DNA from: Emiliania huxleyi CCMP1516
Lineage: Eukaryota
DNA length: 64,000 nt
Reading direction: 5' to 3'
NCBI RefSeq assembly: GCF_000372725.1
Contig: NW_005202113.1
Location: 186,001-250,000 of the forward strand
Both the position numbers and the translations under genes were made by a program. A model generated the notes under the pieces. That model worked only from the letters and a program-made list of their open reading frames with translations, did not search any database and was not told the DNA's origin. This document shows, piece after piece, positions 1 through 11,822 of the stretch. The stretch's first letter is position 1; each line of letters starts with the position of its first letter.

Positions 1-612
1 CGATCGACACACCACGCGTAGCGCCGCTGCCGAGCTGTTGCCGATTGGCATTGGCGTGTGTAGCCGGTCAGCAGTGTCGTCGGCTCGGCGCCGGTGCGGG
101 AGACGGGCCCCAGCTGTAATCGCAGCGAGGCGGCGCGAAATCCGCCCAACGCGAATGTGCTGGGTTCGGGCACCGCCCGGGTAGGGGGGTAGCTCAGGGG
201 CCAGCCACCACTGGGACGTCCGTTACACGCCCAAATCAGGGTTAGGGGGGTAGGAGGTAAGGAAACCCCTACCCTACCCCCCAAACACCTCGAACCCTGA
301 GCTCGCAGCGCCCCGCCTCGCGCGTTGTTTTCCTTTCTTATTTCTTCGCCACTTCTCGACGTTTTCCCTCTTTCCGCGTTCCCTTTGTTCCGAAATGTTT
401 CCCTGCCGCTCAATCCACAAAACAAAATCTCTCCTCAATCCATCCGCAAAAAGAAAGAAGAAATACGGCGCACGCTTCCCCCAAATTGCGAGAGAGAGAT
501 TCAACATTGTGGATTCGGCGACGATGTTTACTGCGAAGAATTTTACAACAAAGCTCGTTGGAGGACGTGCCAAAAGTGCAGCCTCGGCCGTCCCCAACCA
601 AACAAAGCCGCC

Positions 613-1835
613 ATGGCCCTGGCTATCGCACCCGCCATCCACCTCGGCGCCCAGTGCGGCCCCAAGATCGAGCTCGCCTCCGTCAAGTTCGGCCCCTACC
701 CGGGCTACGGGGGCCCCTTCTCGTCGGTCAATGGCAAAGTCTCCCTTTACTCGGACGGCGATGGCGTGCAGGCTGCCACCCACGCCGTCGCCCGCCCAGC
801 TGCCCGTTGCAACTGTCGCTAATCTCACAGCCCCACGCCGCCCTACCCACAGACCTTCGTCTACGACCTGTCGGGCCTCGACACGGGCTGCACCGGCACC
901 GACCCGCTCGAACTCTCCGGCAACGCGTGCGGCATCCACATCCACTCTGGCTTCACCTGCTCCAGCGCCTCCGAGGTCGGGGGGCACTATTACGTGTCCC
1001 CCGCGGCCGACCCGTGGTCCGACGGCGGCATGGGCGTGGACTACGTCGCGTTCTACAGCACGACAACCGGAACTGCCTCGGGCAACTTCGACGCCGACAC
1101 GGGCGCGACTACAAGCGACCTGCTGGGCCGGGCCTTTGTCGTCCACGACGCGAACGGCGGGCGCATCGCGTGCGCGCTGATGGAGCCCGTGGTGGACCCG
1201 CTGTGCGTGACCAACTTCGCAACCTACCCCGGCTACTACGGCGCCTTCCCCGACGCGACGGGTGTCATCACGATGGCTACTGTGGACAAGACCACGCAGT
1301 ACTTCGACTATACGCTCAAGGGCCTCGACCTCGGCACACCGCGCGCAGCCCGCGACCACGCCCGCGACCGCGCCCGCGACCGCGACTGCGACCGCGTCCA
1401 GCCCATTCTCCGTCCACGCCACGCACAGGCTGCGCTGGCGGGTACAACGCCTCGTACGGCAACTCGTGTGGCCTTCACATCCACTCGGGCTCCTCGTGCG
1501 AGGCCGCCAGCGAGGTTGGCGGTCACTACGCCACGAACGGCTTCGCCGACCCGTGGACGGAGAAGAGCCTCTCCTACGTCTCCTCCTCCAACGGCAACGC
1601 GGAGGGGAAGCTTTCCGCCGTCACTGGCGGCACCTCGCTCGATGTGCTCGGCAAGGCCTTTGTCGTGCACGGGTATGACGGCGGCCGCATCGCGTGCGGC
1701 ACGCTCGAGTACTGCGACCCCTGTGGGCCGCCTCCACCGCCGGCAAACGTGTGCAAGCCGTGGTGCAAGAACAACCCCGAAAAGCACTGCCCCAAAACCC
1801 AGCTTTGCGGCGGCTGCTACTTTTGCTACCACTAG
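613..1835 (+). CDS. Tandem two-domain Cu/Zn-SOD-fold protein (copper-only type) with a Cys-rich C-terminal tail; exons 613-771, 853-1333, 1429-1835
   Basis: Splicing two GC-AG introns (772-852, 1334-1428) gives two repeats of CG(I/L)HIHSG..C..ASEVGGHY...LLG(R/K)AFVVH..GGRIAC, the SOD1 Cu-ligand/disulfide/Arg pattern; ends CKPWC..HC....CGGCYFCYH. Confidence 0.85.
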
Positions 1836-2944
1836 CTGCCTGGGTGGGGGGCAACCAAGGAACGCCTCAGCGGAACAGCCTTTCCCGCAGCCTGCTCCTG
1901 AGCCTCTCCTTTCCCACCCGCTTGGCACCTTTTTCCGCATCGGGTTTTTTCCCTGACCCTGTGTGGTGGGGCGACGGCTTTTCCCTGAGTGTGCCGGGGG
2001 CCGCGCCTTGTCTGTCGTGTGAAAGCGCCATAGGACGTATTTTCTTCTCAACAACAGGTCTGTTAATCGTGCTATGCGACGGCCGGTTTGTAAAATTCTT
2101 CTTGCATGCTTTGCGTCTCGAGAATTCTTCTTTTGTGAGAGGGGCGTCTCGTAAAATACTAAGATTCTTCTTTTGGTAGCGAGGCCTGGATTCGGTACTT
2201 CAGCTTCATCGTACACCCTTCTCTAGAGTGACACCCAGCGAGGGGCAGACCTCTCGATGATGGACGAGCCATGGCCTCGAGGCCATGGCGCGAGTTCACA
2301 CCATCCCAATATCAAACGCGCCATTAGCGCGCCAGCACGACTTATACGTCAATTACGCCACCAACGATAACACTTTCGATGTTTGTGAGTGTTCCGACGG
2401 GCGTTGATCGAATCCCTCGTGCGACAAATCACGACTCCCACCGAGCCGCGCCGCGCTGCGCGCGCGCGCGGCTCACTCGCTACCACCGACACCCGCGTGC
2501 GTGTCTCACTATTCTCGAGGGGGTATCAAGGTATGCTCTAGGCCTCTGTGGGGACCCATCTCGGCTGGGTATCAAGGTATCATCGGCGGCCGCGCAGCGA
2601 AGCGACAATTCACACCTCGCACCGAGGACCCAGCCCTCCCGCATGGTGCGCCCCGGTATCATTCAAACTCTGTGCGCTTCCGCCGTACCCGCCTCCCTCC
2701 TGCGCGACGCTCATTCGAGCGCGTTGTCTGTCTCGGCGCGCGCGCAGCGCGCGAAGAGGTGTGAAGAGGGGGGTCGTGTCCGGTGTGAAGGGTAGCTCAC
2801 GAGGGTATCAGTGTTTCGTCCGGCGAGGATCACTTTTTTCAGCAGAGCCTTAGCGCGGATTTATCATTTAACCATGGTATTTCACCCCCCGCCTTCACCC
2901 TTTGGGGGACCCGCTGTGTGCGGGGCGGGCCCCTGCACGGAGCC

Positions 2945-3264
2945 ATGTCCCAGCGCCCACCACCGCCGCAGCGGCAGCCCGGAGACTGGACCTGCCCGGG
3001 CTGCGGCGCCAACGTCTTCAAGAGCAAGGCTGAATGCTTCAAGTGCAAGGCGCCGCGTCCGGAGAGGCCGGCTGACGGCGATGGCGGCGCCAGCCGTGCG
3101 CCGCCGCCGAAGCGGCGCGGCGATTGGACGTGCCCGCAGTGCGCTGCCAACGTCTTCGCCTCAAACAGCGAGTGCTTTCGCTGCCAGACGCCGCGCCCGG
3201 TCGGCGGCGGTGGCGGGACGGCGTTCCCTCCGCCAAACGAGGCTGGTGAGGCTGGATGCGGCGA

Positions 3265-3295
<31 letters not shown>

Positions 3296-5762
3296 GGGCC
3301 TCCGCAGCGGCGCCGCGGCGACTGGCAGTGTCCGAACTGCCAGGCGAACGTCTTTGCGTCGCGCAGCGAGTGCTACCGCTGCCACGCGCCCAAGCCGGAC
3401 GAGAGCGGCGCGGAGCTCGGCGAGTCGCAGCCCGCAGAGGAGCGGTCGGTGCTCAAGGCGAGGTGGCTGCTGGAGGAGGCGGCGCGGCTCGAGGAGCAGG
3501 CGCGGCGCGAGGAGGGCGGGTGGGAGGACGAGGCGGACGACGCGCCCGGCCGCGCCTTTGTGCCGCAAGAGGCTGCGTACCGCTGGCACAAGCGCGACGA
3601 CGCGTCAACGCGGCTCGAGCCGGCGGCGAAGCGGCGGATGATGGTGGAGGCGGCGGGGGAGCGGACGGCGGCGGGCGGGCTCGTCGCGCCGCGCATCAAC
3701 GAGGCGCACAGGCGGGAGTGGGGGGGCGCGAGCAAAGGGTGGAGGGTGTGGGGGAGGGTGGCTCTGCACGGCTCTGCTGCGGGCGTCCGAGGGGGCGGCG
3801 AGGAGGGGCGGAATGCCCGGGTGTGAAGTGTGTGGTGTGAAGGTTAGGTGTGAGAGTGAGGTGTGAGGTGCGAGGCGTGAGGCGTGAGGCGTGAGGTGTG
3901 AGCCCCCGCGACCCCCCCGCAGGTGCTCGAGGTGTCGACGGCGGCGGCGCGGCGTCCGCAGGCGCAGCTCCCGCCCGGCACTCGTCTCGTGGCCGGGACT
4001 GCGTCGGCGATGACGAACCCGCGCCCGTCTACGCAACTCGTCTGCCTGCACGACCTCTCGCAGCTCCTCGCCGCCGCCGGACCCTCCGCTGCGGCGGCGG
4101 CGCCCTCAGCCCCCTCCGGCGCCCAGGCCGCCTCTGCGCCCGCCCCAGAGCCCGACCCCGCCGCGGCGCGCCGCTCGCTCTTCGGCCTCGTCGAGGCGCG
4201 GCGGCGGCGGGGAGGGGAGAGACTCGCCGTCGGCTTCCCCTCGAGTCGCGCCGGAATGGCCCGAGACTAGGCGCATGCCGGCGGAGAGGAGTGCGCGGCG
4301 TGGGTGGCGTCCGAGCTACCACGTCGGCTGGCGGCGCGCCTCGCCGACTGCTCCGACTCGGCGGCGATCAAGGCGGCGGTCCGCGAGGCGTACGAGGCGT
4401 GCGACGCCGCCCTGATCGCAGAGGCAGAGGCGCGCGGATGGGGAGGCGGCTGCGGCGTCGGCACGCGCACCGCCCTCCTCCCGCCACCTCGCCCCGCCCC
4501 GGCCGCCCCTCATCCCGGCCGCCCCTTCACCCCGCCGCCGCCGCGCTGTCAGGCCTCCTCCTCGTCGACACGTGATATACACATATGCACTGTCAGGCCT
4601 CCTCCTCGTCGACACGTGCCCCACGCCGCCGCGCGCGTACCTCGCCAGCCTGGGCGCCGGGCGCGCCTTTGCCTGCTGCAAGCAGGACGGCCAGGCGGCG
4701 CGCGCGGTGCCGCTGGGCAGGCCGCACTCCGCCGCCGACGCGAAGGAGAAGGGGCGGCTCGCAAAGGCGGGCGCCACCGCGAGCGGCGGACTTGTCTGTG
4801 GGCTCCCCGTCTCGCGCTCGCTCGGCGACGGCGCGGCCAAGCGGGCCGCGCCGGGCGTGCTGCTCCCCATGCCGGACGTGTCCTCCTTCGACATCAGCGC
4901 CGCGCAGCGCTTTGTGCGCCCTCCGCAGCCCCCTGCCGAGATGCGCCGAGATGCGCCGAGATGCCGAGAGGCGCCGAGAGGCGCCGAGAGGCGCCGTTTG
5001 CGTGTGGCGGCGGCCCCGCCCCGCCGCTGACCGAGGGCGGCGCGCGCTCTCTCCACAGGTGCTGCTTGGCTCGAGCGGCGCGTGGAAGGGAGGCGCCGCC
5101 GCCGGCGAGACCGCCGTGCAGAAGCTCAGCGCGGAGCTCGCGCGGATGGACGCGCGGCGCAACGAGATTGCGGTGATGGCGCACGCTCGCGGGGGCTTTC
5201 CCGCCCCGCCGCCTCTCACGCTGGCCGCCCCTCGCCCCACTCGCCACCGCAGGCGATGCTCTCGGACGACTCCCGCCTCGCCCTGCTGGCTGCGGGGAGG
5301 GTGAATGCGCTGCAGCGTGAGCGAGACGAGCGCGCATGCGAGGGTGCCGTGCTCGCCGACCTCTCTCGCTCCCTGGCGGGAGGCAAGCAGCTGGCCGACC
5401 CGCCGTTTGCCCTCCTCCTCGTGCGGACCCTGCCGCCGGACGACCGCGCCGCGGTGGCGCTGCACGCGGCCTCCACCGCCGCCGCCGCCGCCGCCGCCGC
5501 GGCGCTCGCGAGTGCGCAGCCAGCCGGCGCATTGGGTTCTGGTGGCGCAGGGCCAGGGGAGGCGTCAGAGGTGGCGGGGGAGGCGGAGAAGGGGGCTGCG
5601 GCGGCGGGGGCGGAGGTGGAGGAGGAGGAGGAGGAGGAGGAGGAGGAGATGGACGAGGAGGAGCGGGCCGCCCTCGCGCAGCGTGAGGAGCAGCGCCGGC
5701 AGGAGGCGAAGGAGCGAGGTGCGGCGGCGGAGCAGGCCAATGTGGTGGTCGACTTTTTCTAG
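2945..5762 (+). CDS. Multi-exon protein with three RanBP2-type zinc fingers and a degenerate PP2C-like domain
   Basis: Three GDWxCPxCxANVFxSxxECxxC motifs (2980-3390); later exons read AYLASLGAGRAF, PLGRPHS, LPVSRSLGD, PDVSSFDI, VLLGSSGAW, ANVVVDFF, following PP2C motif order; exon limits only partly resolved. Confidence 0.7.
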
Positions 5763-6092
5763 CCCCCAGCGCCCGGGTTAATCGCCGCCACTCTCACTGG
5801 CAGCATGCTCAAACAATGCCCTTGGCCCAATGCTCGCGGCCTAGAACGCCCGGTCCGCGCCCCGGTCTGTGCGGTCTCCCGCTGTCTTTTTGCTTCTTAC
5901 ATTCTCCGTGTGTGTATAGAAGTCTACCTTACCTTACCTTACCGTAAGGCTTACCTTCGAGAGAACCTAATGTTTTTACACCTTGTGATTTTTGGGTCAA
6001 AATCGTCGTGATTTCCAGAAGCCGTTTGCGCCTAAGTCCCCAGCGCGTAGCGGCGGGTGTGCGCGTCCCGGAGCGTCCGAGGCGGGTAGTGC

Positions 6093-9000
6093 ATGTCGGG
6101 CTTCGCCGTGTACGACGACAGTGTCAGCAGCGGAGGTGCTGGTGGCACTGGTGGCAGCGGCGGCGACGGCGGCGTGCGCGTGGGTGCCGACAGCGACTTG
6201 TTCTTTGACGCCATGGAGGACGAGCCGTGCTGCCGCTGTGGCATGTGGGGCGGCAACGCGGATTCGATGCCATGCGACGACGTACACACGCTGCTGGGGG
6301 CTGAGATGCTCACCACGTGCGGCGTCTGTGGGGTGATGCGCCAAGAAGACGCGCCTGAGGCGCTGGCGGGAACGGCGGCAGGTAGCGAGGATGAAGAGGA
6401 GGAGGAGGAGGAGGAGGAAGAGGAGGGGGGGGAGAACGAGGACCCGGGCGGGAACATGTCGGACGACGGGTTCGGCGAGGGCGGCGGCGGGGGCGGCGGC
6501 GGCAGCGGCGGAAAACGCGACATGAAGCAGATCCGCGCTCACATCGGCGAGTTGTACGAGATGCGCAATCCTGACAAGCGCGAGACGCCGAAGTCGAGGC
6601 ACAAGGCGGCGCTCACGGTAGCTACGGTCATCTCGGAGCTGCTCGCCAAGCGCCCCCTGCTCGAGGCCGAGATTGTCAACCTCGTCATCCACCAGCGGTC
6701 GGCGCCGGTGCGCGCAAAGCTGCGGCTGCTCCACACGATGCAGCAGGAGCAGTACCTCGCTGCGCGCGACGTCGTCCGCTTCCTCGAGACGAAGTGCTTC
6801 AACGCGCTGCACTCGCTCGACATACGCGCGAACAAGACGCTCTCCATCTCCATCCTCAACGCGATACGCGCCTTTTCGACGGTCGACGGGAAGCGGATTC
6901 TCTTGCCGCACGGCATGCCTCCCGCCTTCGGTAAGGGGCAGGTCAACACACGCAAGTCGAACACCGAGCAGGGCATCGGGCGCAGCCCCCTCCTCGCCCC
7001 GTTCGCGGTCAAGTCGTCTGTCGAGATTCGCGAGCAGATGGACGTCACCCTCGGCGGGCGGGAGCTGCACCTCGCGACCGACCACGACGGCGCTGCGTGG
7101 GACGTCTGCGTGACTGGCACCGAGGTCTTCCAGCAGGCGTTGAAGGAGGGCAACCTGCTGCCGCGCCCCCCCAACATTCTGCGACGGCTGCAGCTGCTCT
7201 TTGACGGCCACGGCTGGACGAAGGCCATCGGCGCCGCCCGCTTCCTCCTCCGCACGCCGGAGCTCCGGCGCGACTTCAACGCGACCAGGTTCGCTCGCGA
7301 CTACAACTTCATCCTCGGCGCGGACAAGCTCGCCTACCTCGAGCTGGCGATCCGCACGGGCGGCGAGAAGTCCCTCTTCGCGCGGGCGATGGCTGGCTGC
7401 AAGGTGGAGGAGGTGCCCGTCGCCTCGCTGCCCGACAACGTGCGCAACTCGGAGGTCCCGCCGTGCTCCGAGGAGACGGGCTCGCTCCACGCCTTCCAGC
7501 GCTTGGCGGCCATCAGGTGCGCTCTCGCCCCGTAGATGCCTCAACCTAGTATATCCCGCCCACCCTAGTCCCAGTTCCTAGCACTAGCCGCAGCCGTAGC
7601 AGTAGCAGTAGCGTAGTAGTAGCACAGGGCGGCTGAGAGGCGATAGTAGAGGCGAGGAGAGCGAGAGGAGAGCGAGAGCGTGCCGCTGTGTGAACCGACT
7701 GTGAACTCACTTTTCTCTCAAGAAATGCAACGCGAGATTAATCTTGCCGACTGCAACCGGGCCGTTTTCTCATAAACAGGCGAGATAGCATAAAGAGAGC
7801 TTTAATAACGACTGTGAACTTACCCAGACGACTTCGCTACCCGTACCGCGACTACTCTGGGTACCCTCACCGACTCTGACCGCCCATCCCCCGCTTCGTA
7901 GTTGCACCGTGCGGCTCACGCTTCCAGCCGGCCAGGGGCCGGATCAGGACGTGTGCCAGGTCTGCCCCGACGAGCAGGAGGTCGAGCTGACCACCGCGGG
8001 CGACCGTGCGGCGGCGCACGCCGCAGGTGCGATCGACACGCCCGTCTGCCGCCACGGCTGTTGCTTCCGCTGCTGCCTGCCAAAGTCGAAGTGGTTCGAC
8101 GTTGCGGCAATCAACCGGGCGTGGCGGCGCAACTTCGCCTATCAGTGCACCGCCAATCACGTCAACCTGCGGCGCATTCTCGGCGACAAGCTCGAGCCGG
8201 GCGAGGACTTTCGGTGCCCGCATTGCAATGTGCTGGTCGACGAGGCCCTCGAAAAGAAGGAGGCGGAGGAGTGGGAGGCGGCGGACGAGGCGGGCCGCGA
8301 CAAAATTCGGCTGAAGCACAGCAAGTCGCATTCCGGCGCGCTGCGGGGGAAGACGCCGCTGCTGCCGATGGACAACTGCAAACGGGCTTCGAGCGCGCTG
8401 CATCGCCGCATGAATGCTTGCGGCAATAACATCGCCGCGACGTTCATGGCGGTGCCGTTCAAGCCGAAGATGCGCGACGCGGCCAACGAGCTGCTCAAGA
8501 AGCACAAGGTGGTGTGGCGCTTCCCGACAAAGAAGAAGAAGCGCGCATCTACACCCCTCGGCAATGACGCGCGCAAGTTTCACAGCTGCCCTGGCCTCAT
8601 CGTCGGGCTCGTCGAGATCTTCTACCCCGATGCAAAGGAGGGGGCGCAGAAGGAGCTGGTGGACTTGCGCCGCGCAGCGGCCGGCGCCACGGACGTGCGC
8701 AACGCGCCCGACGAGCAGCAGGCGCGCCCCCTCGACTTAGCGCAAAATCGAGGCTCACAAAAAAGAAAACACTCTAATACTATCTTATAACCGGCCATCA
8801 CCACACACCCTAGGCGTCCCGCCGCGCCTCGGCAGCCAACAAGCGCAAGGCGCCGACGCGGGGGCCGGTCGATGACGTCGCGATGATCGGCGGAGGGCAG
8901 GTGGAGGCGGAGGAGCTGTCGGAATACGCGGCCGGGCGGCGGGCCGAGGCAGCGCAGGCGCGCGCGCCGGCGCCGGCGCGGCGCGCCGCGGCGGATGACG

Positions 9001-9945
9001 ACGTCCTCGACGACGCCAGCGCGCCCGACGACTCCAGTGTCGACGACGCCCTCGACCTCTCTGGCGGCGGCCCCGACGACGAGAATGGCGAGATGCGCGA
9101 CTACCTCGAGCTGGAGGAGAACGAGGCCACCGGCACCGCGCTGACCGCCATCCGCGTGTGGTTGACGTCGATCAAGCACCAGGCCGACGTGCACGCGCCG
9201 ATCGGCAAGTACGTGGGAGGCGTCTGGGTCGACGGCCACTTCGACATGGAGCAGCGGCGCGAGTACGGTGAGAAGGGGCAGGCGTCGGGGCTCGCGTGGG
9301 CGCAGGCGCTGCAGAAGCACACCGCGAACAGGGCGGCGTGGCAGTACCCGCACGACTCGGCCGCCCACTTCCTCGAGGATGCGCTCGAGCACGGCGCCGC
9401 CTCCCGCAACGACGACTCGATCCTCGAGAAGGGGAACCGTCTCGTCAAGCGCATCGGCGACCGCTGCATCTTCCGGTGCTCCCTCCACAGCATCATCCCA
9501 TGCACCGCTCTGCGCTCACAGCCGATCCGACTGCCCCGTGCCTGCAGGGGCGGCAAGAACCCGACGGCCACGGTCGGCCCCGACGGCGAGAAGATCTACC
9601 AGCAGCCCTACTGGGACAAGATCATCTTTGTCGAGGAGTACGACTCGGACGGCAAGCCGACCGGGCAGCTCGTTGAGAAGACGATCCGCGTCCGGGCGAT
9701 GCTCGGGCACGCGGCGCAGAAGCAGCGGCTGCACGCGTGCGCGCAGCTGCTCGAGTACGAGCTGCGCGGCAACAAGCAGCAGCGCACCGACAAGGTGCAG
9801 GCGACGCTCGACCGGCGGGCGGAGGTGCGGGAGGAGGGCCGCGACGCGACGCTGAACGCCGCGGAGAATCTCGAGAGCAAGCTCGCCGTCGTCTCGGTGG
9901 AGCAGCCGAGCAGCAGCAGTGCCGCGGAGGCGGAGAGCGCCGGCT

Positions 9946-9981
<36 letters not shown>

Positions 9982-10157
9982 GGCCGTCGAGCGGATCCTC
10001 GCCGATCATCCTCTCGGAGCCCTACATCGCAAAGATGAAGGTGCCCGACTTGAAGGCCGCGCTATTGGCGCGCGGGGTGGCGTCATCGAAAAAACTTAAG
10101 GCCGACTTGGCGGCGGAGCTCAAGGCGCTCGAGCAGCGGCGCGCGGCGCGGACATAG
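6093..10157 (+). CDS. RAG1/Transib-like DDE transposase with C-terminal SAP domain (~1171 aa); exons 6093-7516, 7902-8721, 8814-9475, 9548-10157
   Basis: LLFDGHG (D, 7203); TAGDRAAAHAAG..CFRC (D, 8002, plus CxxC); SALH; GNDARKF; YPHDSAAH (HxxxxH); LEKGNRL (E, 9426). Same order as RAG1 core motifs SCDG, GYDEK..CTLC, DALH, GNFARKL, YFHKTLAH, NESGNKL. C-terminal KMKVPDLKAALLARGV..KKLKADLAAEL is SAP-like. Spliced frame is open. Confidence 0.82.
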
Positions 10158-10213
10158 GCGGCAGAAGAAAACGTGCCCGCCGACGCGCGTTGCAGATGGC
10201 GTATCGCAGTTTC

Positions 10214-10420
10214 CGACAGACTGCGTGCAGCGGGCTAGCAGTGCCCCGACAGACTGTAGTACGTTTCCATGTGCAATGGGCTAGCAGTGTCCCGACAGAC
10301 TGCGTGCAGCGGGCTAGCAGTGTCCCGATAGACTGTAGTACGTTCCATGACCATGTGCAATGGGCTAGCAGTGTCCCGACAGACTGTGTGCAGTGGGCTA
10401 GCAGTGTCCCGATAGACTGC
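10214..10420. repeat. Tandem repeat between the two transposon genes; 25-bp core GGGCTAGCAGTGTCCCGAYAGACTG x5 plus a partial copy
   Basis: Core visible repeatedly, with alternating short (~33 bp) and long (~46-51 bp) units. Confidence 0.9.
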
Positions 10421-10483
10421 GTACGCATGAACACTCTCATATTATTATTATTCCGACGCGCTCTCCTAGACGTAGGGGGCACA

Positions 10484-11822
10484 CTAGAGCGGCTGCAAAA
10501 ACTGGAGCATGTCCGCCGAGACCTGTCCAGCTGGGAGGTTGCGTGCGTGGTGCGCGAGCGCCTTCTTGTAGCCATGGATCACCTGGGGGGAGTAGAACTC
10601 GCCGTCTGCTGCGTTGCCCGGCCGTGCCCACCGAAAGATCCGGTCGGTCGCCAGCGAGAAGAAGTGGCCCGTCACGATGAGCTGCGTGGCCGCCGCCGGC
10701 TCGTCCGCGCCGACGCGCTGGGTACGGAAGCGGAACTCGAGCGGCGGCACCAGCAGCATGAGCGTGCCATTCTCCTGCTTCTTGACGACCGAGGAGAGGA
10801 AGGGGCGGATCATCTCGTCGACAATGTCCTGCGAGCTGATTTTGAAGCTGTCCTCGATGTGCTTGCCGCCGTGCCCGCCCCGGAGCGCCGTGATCTCGCT
10901 CACGTACTTCTTGAGGTGCTCTGCGGGGGTGGGAGGGGGGGGGGGGTGGGCTCGAGCGGGAGGGAGTGGCTTGGGTTGTCGGCTCGCCTGGCGCGTCGGC
11001 CTTGATGCGCTGGTGGAGGAAGAAGACGACCCACGGCGGACAAATGGCTAGTTTAAGGAGGAGTCGCGAGTGCGCGACCCCGCGCTGCTTGTCGAGCACG
11101 CGGAACATGTGCCGAGCGAGCTCGTTGCGGTAGGACCCAACCAGCTGCGCCGCGACGTCCTCCGTTACGTGAAGCTGATCCTGCATGACAAAGGGAGTGC
11201 CGCCGCCGCTCGCCCGACCCCGGCCGGACGGCACAAAGCTCTCGACGAGCGCCGGGTCGATATCGTCCTCGTCCACCCACTGGTAGCGCACGCACGCGAG
11301 GCCTTCCGCCATATCCGCCTCGCTCAGGTCCCACTCGGGTCCCCAGTCAACCCAGTACTGCAGAATGCCCTCGCGTATGCGGCTCTTGAGCACCGCGTGC
11401 ACCTGAAACTGGTCGTCGCCGAGGTGCCCAGCGGCCCCGCCCCAGACCGCCTCCGGGTCCACCTCCATGTTCTCCACCGCGGCGCCGACTCGAGCGACAC
11501 GGTCGGCAGGAACCGTCTCATCCCACCTCGCCGCCCAGCCGAGGAAGTGGACGCGGTACTCGCCGTCCTCGGTGACGTGCACAATCTTGGCGCCGTACCA
11601 CTTCCCGAACCTGTCGCGGGCTTGGACCTCATCGCCGGCAGAGAAGCTGCCGATGCCGCGCACACGCGCCGAGTCCACCCACTCGTCGCACCTTGCGTTC
11701 CAGCCGTGGTAGTGCACCTTGTAGCTCAGGCCGCTGCTCTCCTCGAGGCTCTGCTTTATTACCGCCTGATACCACACCCCGTTCTGCTCGGCATCCACCT
11801 TTGTGCCAGCGGCCAGTGGCAT
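10484..11822 (-). CDS. Transposon-borne chromatin-reader protein: two Tudor-knot/chromo-barrel domains, a chromodomain and an unknown C-terminal domain (~423 aa); exons 11822-10988, 10920-10484
   Basis: GTKVDA..WYQAVI..YKVHYHGWNARCDEWV; GDEVQARDRFGKWYGAKI..YRVHFLGWAARWDETV; FQVHAVLKSRIREGILQYWVDWG..QWVDEDDIDPALVESF; one GC-AG intron (10987-10921) restores the frame. Confidence 0.85.

Noticed and set aside
237..300. Telomere-like GGGTTAGGG and an imperfect hairpin
   Set aside because: Single unit only; not a telomeric array
2520..2812. Cluster of GGTATCA motifs upstream of the ZnF gene
   Set aside because: Four or five short copies with no definable ends or function
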